DNA of 64,000 nucleotides from Phallusia mammillata (Eukaryota): NCBI GenBank assembly GCA_965637545.1, contig OZ281499.1, positions 19,468,001 to 19,532,000 of the forward strand, read 5' to 3'. Shown piece by piece: positions 55,040 to 64,000 of this stretch (position 1 is its first letter; each line of letters starts with the position of its first letter). The notes under the pieces were generated by a model. It saw only the letters and a program-made list of their open reading frames with translations, ran no database searches and was not told where the DNA came from. The position numbers and the translations under genes were made by a program.

Positions 55040-55951
55040 CTGGTCTCAGCGCCTTCTTCTCCTTGCTGCTTTTCTTTCGCTGTTGGCTTTCACCTTTGCT
55101 TTCACTTCCACCTGTCTGTGTACGTTTCCCATGCAAGAAAACATAAATAAACCATTAAGACATAAACACTTACATGTGATACTAGCCAATGCAAGATCTT
55201 TTTTTAATTTAACACAAATGTCTTTAGAACTGTTAACTTATGTAACGTTTTGGTGTACTTATGTCTCTTTGCTGGAATCCCGGTATATTATTTACTCATA
55301 GCTTCGGACCTTTTCTGCCTTATTGCTTCTTTGTTTCCCTCCTTAACCTATCTTCTTGACAAATGTCCCCGGGCTGGAAAAAAACTCTTCGTGCTTCTTT
55401 AAACTTGGAAAAGCGTGTAAGTTTGATCTGATTGCTTTTTCGTTTTTAATGCGTGTTTTAGAGAAGATTAAGTTTTTGATGCTTTTAGAATAATTTTGTT
55501 TGACAGATTGTCCCAATTTAATAGCTGTACATTATACGCTTTAAGTAAGCACACAAACATTTCCAAACAATAGGAGTTCAACCGCAGCGACTATTGAACA
55601 AACTGCTCACAGCACAAACGTGGTCTGCACTGATTTGCTTTTTCGTTTTTAATGCGTGTTTTAGAGAAGATTAAGTTTTTGATGCTTTTAGAATAATTTT
55701 GTTTGACAGATTGTCCCAATTCCTCGAAGTTTGGAGCTTTCACAATTGAACAACAGCTTTGCATTACCGGGTTGTTTAGGCCTTGGTTTTGGCTTTATCG
55801 TTACAATTGTTTGTTTTTTTCTTGATGGTAAGATTAAGGTTATTGTCTCGTTTCCATCAGCGACTTGGGACCTATTTTTCCATTTTCTTTGTTTGCTGGT
55901 GATAAGAAGTTGTTTACCGGTCACATGATCAATCTCGTGTGATATAGACAT
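55040..55951 (-). pseudogene. family A (subtype 2) pseudogene with probable short basic second exon
   Basis: Paralogue of 57292-58375 (SHEI, QPGNAKL, KFKEARR, HLSR, GNKEAIRQKR) with frameshifts and an internal insertion. The intron resembles 57710-57884; 55040-55130 can encode KAKVKANSERKAARRRRR*. Confidence 0.8.
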
Positions 55952-56106
55952 TTTTAGTTTTTAGCAGTCATTTTGTTAACATCAGTCGCGGAAACAACGA
56001 AATACACCATCCCTGACGGATTTGCAGGCCCACAGTAAGTTTTTTTCCTCCAGTGTATCGACTGTCGAATATCTCATGGCGAAACTACTTTTTCTTGTTT
56101 GCTCAG

Positions 56107-56590
56107 TTTGTGGTAATACCAGGGGATTACCCAAGGGTTTTAAAAAAGTGCAGTCCCCCAGGTAACATACCGCATGATGTAAAAAAGACTTTTGTCTGTT
56201 TGTCTACGAAATCGTTTGTTTAACTTTAAAAGTGATTTTATCTCATATAGTCGTGTTTTGTATTTCAAACTATGGGTGCTTAGCGTACAATACATTAGCT
56301 TAACTACTTTTGTTTTCTGTGGATTTCCGGTTGATGAGGCTGTAGCTCATGCAGAACACTCCACCCCTGTTTGTCGAGGAAAATCGGGATTTTCTGTTGA
56401 TAAATACAGCGGGAGTGCTCCTTGTGGTATAATCTTAGTAGCAAATGATGAAATTTGCCTTTAGTGTGTAGGTTCAAGTTTGTAGCAACTATGTTGTTTG
56501 AAACTATGAATGTTAATCAGTGGTAAATAATTTCAAATCTCCTGGCATGTTTTTACATGCGATATAATCAGCCCACTAAACAAAAGTTTA
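56107..56590 (+). pseudogene. family B copy 1 (spliced, Cys-rich, disrupted)
   Basis: Exon 56107-56161 (ttgctcag| ..ccag|gtaac), intron, exon from 56251 (atatag|tcgt); FVFCGFPVDEAVAHAEHST..APCGIILVAN; stops and indels. Confidence 0.6.
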
Positions 56591-56879
56591 CACTAATATT
56601 TTGTTTTCTACAAACTGAAGCACTGTTTCATATTCTCTGTTTTTACTAACGTTGTGCTGCAGCTCGTAACATTTCGACATCCACATGCTCACATTTTGTG
56701 ATTAAACATCGCTAACTGGTGACTAAACCTTTTATCAAATGATGGACATAAAGATATGTGCGATCATTGTGATATTATGTTTATTACACTTATGTATAGA
56801 CAGTGTGCGAACACACAATAAACTATTTTCTTGTTATATGTTGCTCCACAATAAATTAATTTTGTTAAAATGCAGATTA

Positions 56880-57029
56880 GTTTTTATTTTTTACAAAAGC
56901 GCATATTTTTCCCCTTTGATAAGATTCAAGGTATCTTTAAAGTTTTATTCTTTTTTGGGGCTGTCGCGATTCCCCCCTTTCAACCTGGTTTCGGTTAAAA
57001 AGTTTATTCCCCGATGTTTTCCGACGACT
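56880..57029 (-). pseudogene. family A (subtype 1) 3' fragment
   Basis: SRRKTSGNKLFNRNQVE..KKNKTLKIP* matches the C-terminal part of 61298-61783. Confidence 0.8.
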
Positions 57030-57291
57030 AAGGTTTCTGAAAACCTTGTTAAACACCCAATTGTAGTTACAATGGAAGTTTTTATTTTTAGAAAACCTCA
57101 TCAAATCAGCGAATATCTACAAAACACCATGCGCAAAACTTCGCATTACTGACAAACAACGTTTCTATTACATGAACAATACAGAATGGGATATAAATGT
57201 TTGATTATGCACAACAACATGTAGTGCAGTTTATTATTTTTGAGAAAAAGTTTTGTCTATTAGTGGCCAATTCGATGCCTTCGTTTTTGCC

Positions 57292-58375
57292 TTAACGCTT
57301 TTTACCACGTGCTTTTCCCTTTCCTTTTGGTTTTGCGTGCCCACTTGTAGCTTTTTTTCTGCCGACACGTGCCTTTCTGGTTCCTTTTGGTTTTGTACCT
57401 CCACTTGAAGCTTTTTTTCTGCTGACATGTGACTTTCCAGGTCCTTTTGGTTTTGTAACCCCACCTGAAGCTTTTTTACCGCTGCTGTTTGCCTTTTTGG
57501 TTCCTTTTGTTTTTGTACCCCCACTTAAAGCTTTGGGTCTGCTGACACGTGACTTTCCGGTTCCTTTTGGTTTTGTAACCCCACTTGTAGCTTTTTTACC
57601 CCTACTACTTGCACTTTGGGCTGCTTTCGCTTTTGTTTTGCTGCCGGCAGTTACCTTTGTTTTGCCATGCCCGCTTGAAGATGTGCTTCCGATGCTGCTA
57701 CCACTTTTCCTACAAAAACAATTTAGTTACCACAGAAATTAATGCTCATGTGATACTGCACGTCCTTTAAGGGTTGTACGATTAATTTTACCTCAATGCG
57801 TCTTTTTGTAATATTTTACAGTTTTTAAATTCTCGTTCCACAGGATTACAAAAACAATTAAAATTGCTTTTTGTGCAAACTTACATAATTTGTTGGTGTG
57901 CTTTCTGTCTCTTTGCCGGAGGCCCTGTGTATTGTTCAATCATAGCTTTGGGTCTTTTCTGCCTTATTGCTTTTTTGTTTCCCTCTTTAACTTGTTTTCT
58001 TGACAGATGTCCACTCTCATCCCCGGGAACTCTTCGTGCCTCTTCGAACTTTGAAAGAACATAAAGTTGATCGGACTTGTTTCTTGTGTTTAATTCTTTC
58101 TTTAAAGGGACTTTGTCCAGTTTTTCGTGTCTTTTGGAGTAGTTTTTGTTGGCGGATTGCTTCAATTCCTCGTAGTTTGGAGCTTTTCCATTGAACGTCA
58201 GCTTTGCATTACCGGGTTGTCCAGACGTTGGATTTGGATTAATTGTTACAACTGGTTTTTTGTTGATGGTAAGATTAAGGGTATTGCCTTGCTTCCATGA
58301 GCTGCTTGGGACCAATTTTTCCATTTTCGTACCAAGTTCGCCGCGCACATTTCCAATCTCGTGTGATTTTGACAT
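57292..58375 (-). CDS. family A (subtype 2) protein with histone-H1-like basic repeat tail (302 aa, 2 exons)
   Basis: Exon 1 58375-57885 (AT|gtaagt) and exon 2 57709-57292 (tttttgtag|G) give 909 nt, open to TAA. The 138-aa tail has five 20-aa repeats (KKATSGVTKPKGTGKSRVSR-type), ~43 K/R and no D/E. Confidence 0.8.
57300..57600. repeat. 60-bp coding tandem repeat (5 units)
   Basis: ccttttggttttgt..ccact.g.agctttt recurs every 60 bp. Confidence 0.9.
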
Positions 58376-58795
58376 ATCTATTCTATAACAGTCTTCACTC
58401 TTTAACGATAGACCTACAGCTTTAAAATGGTTGTAAATGTCACACTATCAATCTATTCATTGGACATATATGTTTGTTTGTATAGATCGAACTAACGACT
58501 GGCATAAACTACAAATAAAACATTAGTTTGTCTCGATAAACACTTTTCTAATCATGGGTATGAAGTTTTTTATTTGCTGTACGATTTACAAACGATTTCA
58601 GTACAGTGCACGAAATAAATCGAACCAACTAACTAAACAATAGGTCAAACTGTGCTTAAAAGCCGCGCGAACAGCTGAAATTACCCGACCGTTTAGTCTG
58701 CGCACAATGCTAGCTTTTCCTACGGCATGTAAGTGTATCGACTAACGAACACTCCACTGTTTGCATTGTGACGATTTTTTTTCGTGTTTGCATAG

Positions 58796-59145
58796 CCTAT
58801 GCAGATACCAAGGCTTTTAAATAGGTAGTCCCCTGAGGTAATATGATGGACCTAAGTCCGAAAAGGCCATAAACGAGTACATGCGCAAATAAAAAATTTA
58901 ATTTAAAAACTGGTGACCTTTATTTGTCTTACTTATGACCTTCATTGATATTATATAGTCGTTTTGTGATTTTTATTTTTAACCTAGTGGATAGATTACA
59001 ATGGATTTGCTGAACCAAACTGTGTTTGTATTCTGTAGCTTTTTGCTTGTTGAGGCTGTCGCTCATGCAGAACAGTCTACACCTTTTAGCAAGTAAAATT
59101 GTGTCCTGTTTTCTGTTAGTAAGTATAACGATGTCGCCATAGCTT
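58796..59145 (+). pseudogene. family B copy 2 (diverged, disrupted)
   Basis: tttgcatag| exon 58796-58837 |gtaat; atatag| at 58958; FVFCSFLLVEAVAHAEQST; in-frame stop downstream. Confidence 0.55.
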
Positions 59146-60560
59146 TGCCTATGATGTGTTGGTTGGAGTTTAAAGCGACCATAATCGACATGTATGTGGC
59201 TTAAAACCGCGGTTTAATTAGTTGAAAATGGTTTTAAATTGAATTTACTCTATTACAGAATATTTAAGCTGTGTTAAAAAAAAGTGATGTAAAATGTTTT
59301 ATATCATCTGACTACCGTTGCTGTTTGTGATTAAGTATACTGATCGATTTATTATTTGATTTCTTTCACGGTTAAAACATCTGTCAACGAGCTACATCTG
59401 ACATCCTTATCAAACACATAATTATAATTTACCACATGCAATATAAATCACCAAATATATGTGTAAAACATATTGTCCAAAAGTTCTCATCACCCAAAAT
59501 GCAATTTTCGTAATTCCTATTGGCTACAAGACAGGTAGATTGCATTCTTTTCAAAATGAACAAATGCCCGAACAATACCAATGTTTTGCAAAGCTTTCAA
59601 ATTGTCTTGCCATAAAATTATTCAAAACATCTGCAACAACTAACTTTAATTAATGTTCCAGTCTTAAACAATGCAACTCAATAACCTTGCATCAATGCTG
59701 TTTATAACAATCGCAAACCTTACTTACGCTATTTGCACAATGGCTAAATATATCTTTCTTTGTTGCGCAATCCGTTAAAAAGCCAAGGGCAAATACTATC
59801 GACTGTGACAGTCGTTAGGTTGTTTGTTTGTGGACAATTTACTACAAGTAAAATTAATGTACCAGCGTCATTGTATTGCCATTTTAATTTTTTAGAATTA
59901 ATGTACACATTACCTTTAAGCTGGACCTGGCGATCATAAAACATCATTTGTTTGACATCCACATTCGAGAATAGGGAATGCTAAATACAGTAACCAATAG
60001 AAACGATTGCTAAATATAGCAATGACGTCATTTCTGTTTGCTGGGCAACATATGTGTCTTGTATTTTACTTTGCCTTTGTTGTGACGATTGTATTGATGT
60101 CAAAGCCTGTGTTGCTGTGTGTGTAAGCAAAACCCTATAAAACTCACATAAAAGCCTACATAAAAAAACTGTCGTTTTAAGCCATTTATTTTTAAAAATT
60201 TTGAACTATAACGTGTTGATCTTTTTGTTTTTTAGGACTATTGATTTGCTTGATGACTTACATTTTTTTCTCCTCACTAGTTTGTTATCAATAGAAAGTG
60301 CAGCACAAATTTACGTTATTATTTATATGTCGCTTAAACTCTGAATGTTAACATCACCCAGCCAGAATTTAGGTTTTCTGTATATTTTATGCAGGACTCG
60401 ACTATTGTTTTTATGCTATAAGCCCATTCGACTGTTTGCACTTCATTTTTATGCTGAACTTCTATTTGACTGTTTACTAAACAATTTACAAAATCACAAC
60501 GGTTTCTTTGCCAAACCAAGCTACATAGGTAATTCAAACTGATTTTATCAACACTATGGA

Positions 60561-61000
60561 ATCTGTGGAAATACCAGGGACTTACCCAATGGTTTTATGT
60601 AGGCAATCCCCCAGGTAACATTACTGCATGAGGCCAAAAAGCCCTCAGAACCAGTTTGTGTACTAAATTGTTTGCTTAACTTTGAAAGTAATTTTATCTG
60701 ATATAGTCGTGTTTTCTTTGCTAAGAATTAAATACATTAGCTGAACCAAATTACTTTCGTTTTCTGTGGCTTTCCACTTGATGAGGCTATCGCTCATGCA
60801 GAACACTCCACATCTGTTTGTCACGGAAGATCGGGGATTTTTCTGTTTTTTTTTTGCTAATTATAGCGATTCCGGCATTGCTCCTTGTGGCGTAATATTT
60901 GTGCAAATAGGGATATATTCTGCGGTGTTTTATATTAAAATTCCTGGTGTGTTTCTACCTGCGATATAATCAGCCCAACAAACAAAAGTTTACACTATAA
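60561..61000 (+). pseudogene. family B copy 3 (disrupted)
   Basis: ICGNTRDLPNGF..ccag|gtaac (60614); atatag| (60706); FVFCGFPLDEAIAHAEHSTSVC; YSDSGIAPCGVI after an indel. Confidence 0.6.
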
Positions 61001-61297
61001 TAAAATAATTAAAATGTTATCTGTGGAAGTGAAACCCTTTTTTATATTCTCTGCTTTTACTAACTTTGTGCAGCATCTCTCTACATTGCAAAATCCACGA
61101 GTAAGCTTTTTGTAATCGACAGCGCCGCCTGGTGGACATACCTTTTTATCAAATGCTGAACATAAAGGCACATGACATCATTGTAATTACAGGTTTAATA
61201 TACGTATACAGTTTACAAACACATAGTTACATTTTCTTATTTTTAAAATTTGCATAACAATCATCCTGCTGTATTAAAATGCAAATTGATTCTCGCT

Positions 61298-61783
61298 TTA
61301 TTTTTTTAATTGTTTTAGTGCAGTTTTTCTCTCCTTTGGTGTTCCTGTTAAGATCCCAGGTATCTTCGAAGTTTTATTCTTTTTTCTGGCGATCGCGATT
61401 CCATTTTCAACCTGGTTTCGGTTAAGAAGCTTATCGCCCGATGTTTTGCGACGGTTCGTTTCCATTTGCAGCAAAATTTCTGCTTGAACGTTCTTGCGTC
61501 TGAAGCTTCCTGCTTTGAGAGGCTTGTTTTTCTGATTTTTATTCTTGCTGATGTGGCCCTTAAGTTCTTGCCACGTTGGAGCTTTATTTTCAAATTTCAT
61601 AACTCCGTTGCGAGGTTGTTTGCTTGTTGGTAAGGCTGAAACTTGCATAACGTTTGGTTTTCCATTGACGTTATATTGGTGAGTGGTTCCTGGTTTCCGA
61701 TTATTCGTCATGGCTCGGTTAATCGACTTTCCAATTTTCTTTGCTGTAGGATTCTTGAAGTTATGCTGAACTTTTCCCATCAT
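61298..61783 (-). CDS. family A (subtype 1) basic protein, apparently intact (161 aa, intronless)
   Basis: Full ORF containing all motifs shared by the family, including terminal LTGTPKERKTA. Confidence 0.8.
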   Translation of the reverse strand: MMGKVQHNFKNPTAKKIGKSINRAMTNNRKPGTTHQYNVNGKPNVMQVSALPTSKQPRNGVMKFENKAPTWQELKGHISKNKNQKNKPLKAGSFRRKNVQAEILLQMETNRRKTSGDKLLNRNQVENGIAIARKKNKTSKIPGILTGTPKERKTALKQLKK

Positions 61784-62860
61784 GGACTAGCTTGAGCAAA
61801 CCAGTTTATCAACAAATAAACTCACGTGACCTAATTTACATAAAATTGAAACAAAAGTATTTGAAACATACGGACCGCGTAAGTTAAATTAATGTTCCAA
61901 TCTTAAACAATACATCTCACTGATGTTGTAGCACTGCTATTTATAATAACTGCTAACCTTCTTTCCATTATAATTTCAGAACAGCTAAAAATATCTTTCA
62001 CAATTGCACGACCAGTAGAAATATAAGGGGTTTGTCCACGTTCTTATGAAAGGCTTACCTATTGGCTGTGACGGTCGTTAGGCTGTTTGTTTGTTAATAA
62101 TTTATTACAAGTATCAATTTACCCGAGTCATTTTATTGCCGTTTTCAACTCGTTATAGAATAAATGTACATGTTACTACTTTTAAATTGGACCAATACCG
62201 ATTTCGTTTATTGCTGTTTGTTTCGCCACATATCTGTCTTAGATCTAACTTCGCCTTTGTTGTGACTGTATTAAATTTGAAACCGGTGCTGCTATGTATC
62301 ACATAATAGCATACATACAGTTTTTTTCTCCTCATCAGTTTGATCAGAAGAAACCACACCACAAATTTAAGTTAGTAATTTTATATAGCTTATGACCTCT
62401 GAATTTTAGCATCACCCCGACAAAACTTAGATTTCTGAGAATTTTACGCGGGACTCAATTATTTGTTATGCTAATAGTCTATTTGCATGTTTGCTAAACA
62501 ATTTACAAACGTTTTAATAACCAAACCTAGCTACGTATGTAATTATGTCTAACTACTTTAATAAAGATTAGTCGCGTGATTAGCTGTGATAACGGAAATG
62601 ATGGAATGACGCATCAAACACAAACTCCTACACAACACCTGAGCAAAGTAAAAAAGCAGAAATGCGCGCGCGAAAAAGTAAAAAGACCAACGTCACGCTT
62701 TGTAAGAAACACATAGGCAAAAAGAGTCGCTATAAAATACACTTTTCCTGACAGTTCAGTCGCTGCACAATGGTACATCTTACAGTTCGGTATATGGACT
62801 GTTGAATATCTCTTTACGTGGTTTGCGTCGTGGCGAAACTACTTTTTTATGTTTGCACAG

Positions 62861-63232
62861 CTCGTGGAAATACCAGGGGGTTACCCAAGGGTTTGAGGTA
62901 TGGCAATCCCCCAGGTAACATTACTGCATGAAATCGAAACGCTCTCAGACTATAGTTAGCGCACGATTTTTTTCTTATATAGTCGTGTTTTGTATTTCGA
63001 ACTGCAGTGCTTGGAACACAGTGCATTATCTGAACCAAAATACTTTTATTTTCTATGACTTTCCGCTTGATGAGGCTATCGCTCATGCAGAACACTCACA
63101 CATCTGTGCTGCGTATAGCTATTCCACCAATGCTTCTTGTGGCGTAATACTATAGTAGCAAATACAGAACGATGTCGTTGGTGTGTTGGTAAAAGTAGAA
63201 AGCAAATATGTTGCATGACCCTACGGGAGATA
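62861..63232 (+). pseudogene. family B copy 4 (best preserved, prematurely terminated)
   Basis: 54-nt phase-1 exon 62861-62914 splices in frame to 62983: RGNTRGLPKGLRYGNPP-VVFCISNCSAWNTVHYLNQNTFIFYDFPLDEAIAHAEHS; internal deletion and stop at 63155; CRWCVG..QICC continues in another frame. Confidence 0.6.
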
Positions 63233-63233
63233 A

Positions 63234-63441
63234 TTGCCACGTTGGAGCTTTATTTCCAAACTTCAAGCTCAATGCGAGGTTGTGTCCTTGTTAGTCGGGC
63301 TATAACTTGCATAACGTTTTTTTTTTCATTGACGTTCTAGTGCATGGTTCCTGGTTTCCAATTTTTCGTCATGGCTCGGTTAATTGACTTTCCAATTGTG
63401 TTTTTTGTAGGGTTCTTAAAATTATGCTGAACTTTTCCCAT
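63234..63441 (-). pseudogene. family A (subtype 1) 5' half, truncated
   Basis: MGKVQHNFKNPT..IGKSINRAMTKNWKPGTMH* ..KFGNKAPTWQ; nonsense codon; 3' half deleted, abutting family B copy 4. Confidence 0.85.
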
Positions 63442-64000
63442 AGTGGACTAGCTGCAACAAGACAGCGGATCGACAAATAAACTCACGTGACCTAATTTGC
63501 ATAAAATTGAAAAACAATACTTAAAACATATGGACCGAGTAACTTAAATTATTGTTCCAATCTTAAACAATACATCTCACTATTCTTGTGTTACTGCTAT
63601 TTGCAACAATTGTAAGCCTTCCTTCCTTTATTTGCACAAAGGCGAAACTGTTCTTTCTTGTTTGTGCAGAACGTACCGATACCAGGGACTTTCCCAGGGG
63701 CTGCGACTTTCATTGAGCGGTTTGTTTGTAAACAAATAAAACTAAAGTTAATTTACCAGCGTCAATTCATTGCCGTTTTATACTATACAATTGTCGTGTT
63801 TCTTTTTTAAATTAATGTGAATATTGCTACTTTTGAGCTCAACTAATTCAGATTTTAACCCTTCTGCAAGCTTTCACTCAAACAGAACTGACGAACTGGT
63901 AAATTATTCAGTTATAGTCATATAAAATAGGGAATTTTCGAGTGCTAAATATAGCTATGACGTTTGTTGCGCAACCGATGTGTTTATTAAGTAACTTTGT

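Larger units (their letters stand above)
59610..63850. repeat. mosaic of locally duplicated non-coding blocks
   Basis: Block starting tgttcc(a/g)(a/g)tcttaaacaat at ~59612, 61890 and 63550; block ttttttctcctca..cacaaattta..ctctgaat at ~60265-60540 and 62320-62545; block gcgatataatcagccca..aaagtttacacta at ~56560 and 60960. Confidence 0.85.

Noticed and set aside
57234-57524. ORF-track protein with KKLQVGVQNQKE repeats
   Set aside because: Alternative frame of the 60-bp repeat; splice phase from exon 57885 selects the Lys-rich frame.
59744-59962. 72-aa minus-strand ORF as a third cassette gene
   Set aside because: Homologous blocks at ~62050-62200 and ~63720-63830 carry stops and show no clear codon-level conservation.
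62895-62920. U1 snRNA-like start (ttacctgg) on the minus strand
   Set aside because: It is simply the complement of a plus-strand splice donor; no U1 stem-loops or Sm site follow.
62847-63095. Minus-strand ORF MFCMSDSL..LPGGLPYLKPLGNP as the product of element B
   Set aside because: Conserved splice signals and third-position substitutions favour the plus strand; the minus frame is broken in other copies.

Overview
AT-rich, intron-dense animal genomic DNA, most likely an ascidian/tunicate (inferred from the chordate-type gene set, compact GT-AG introns and an LRR-less multi-LDLa GPCR). Contents in order: (1) 223-27506 (+), a 5'-truncated PDZ-GEF gene (RAPGEF2/6) with three candidate mutually exclusive exons and an alternative last exon; (2) 29222-39008 (-), a synaptopodin-2-like gene followed by a myozenin-like gene, the same tandem pairing seen in vertebrates; (3) 42477-49119 (-), a multi-LDLa 7TM receptor; (4) 52112-53497 (-), an intronless SLC49/FLVCR-like MFS transporter plus a decayed copy; (5) ~50.2-63.9 kb, a rapidly evolving array of two families I do not recognise. 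Family A (-) is a basic ~150-aa domain with conserved PTSxQPxN, [YW]xxL, ExxRR..GD and TG[TP]P motifs, and one copy is spliced to a histone-H1-like 20-aa-repeat tail. Family B (+) is a small spliced Cys-rich gene, and B copies or remnants lie head-to-head with most A starts. This A/B cassette is the best candidate for an undescribed system. MITEs, a Helentron/DINE-like element and a minisatellite occupy introns. All exon models were read by eye and no database searches were run.
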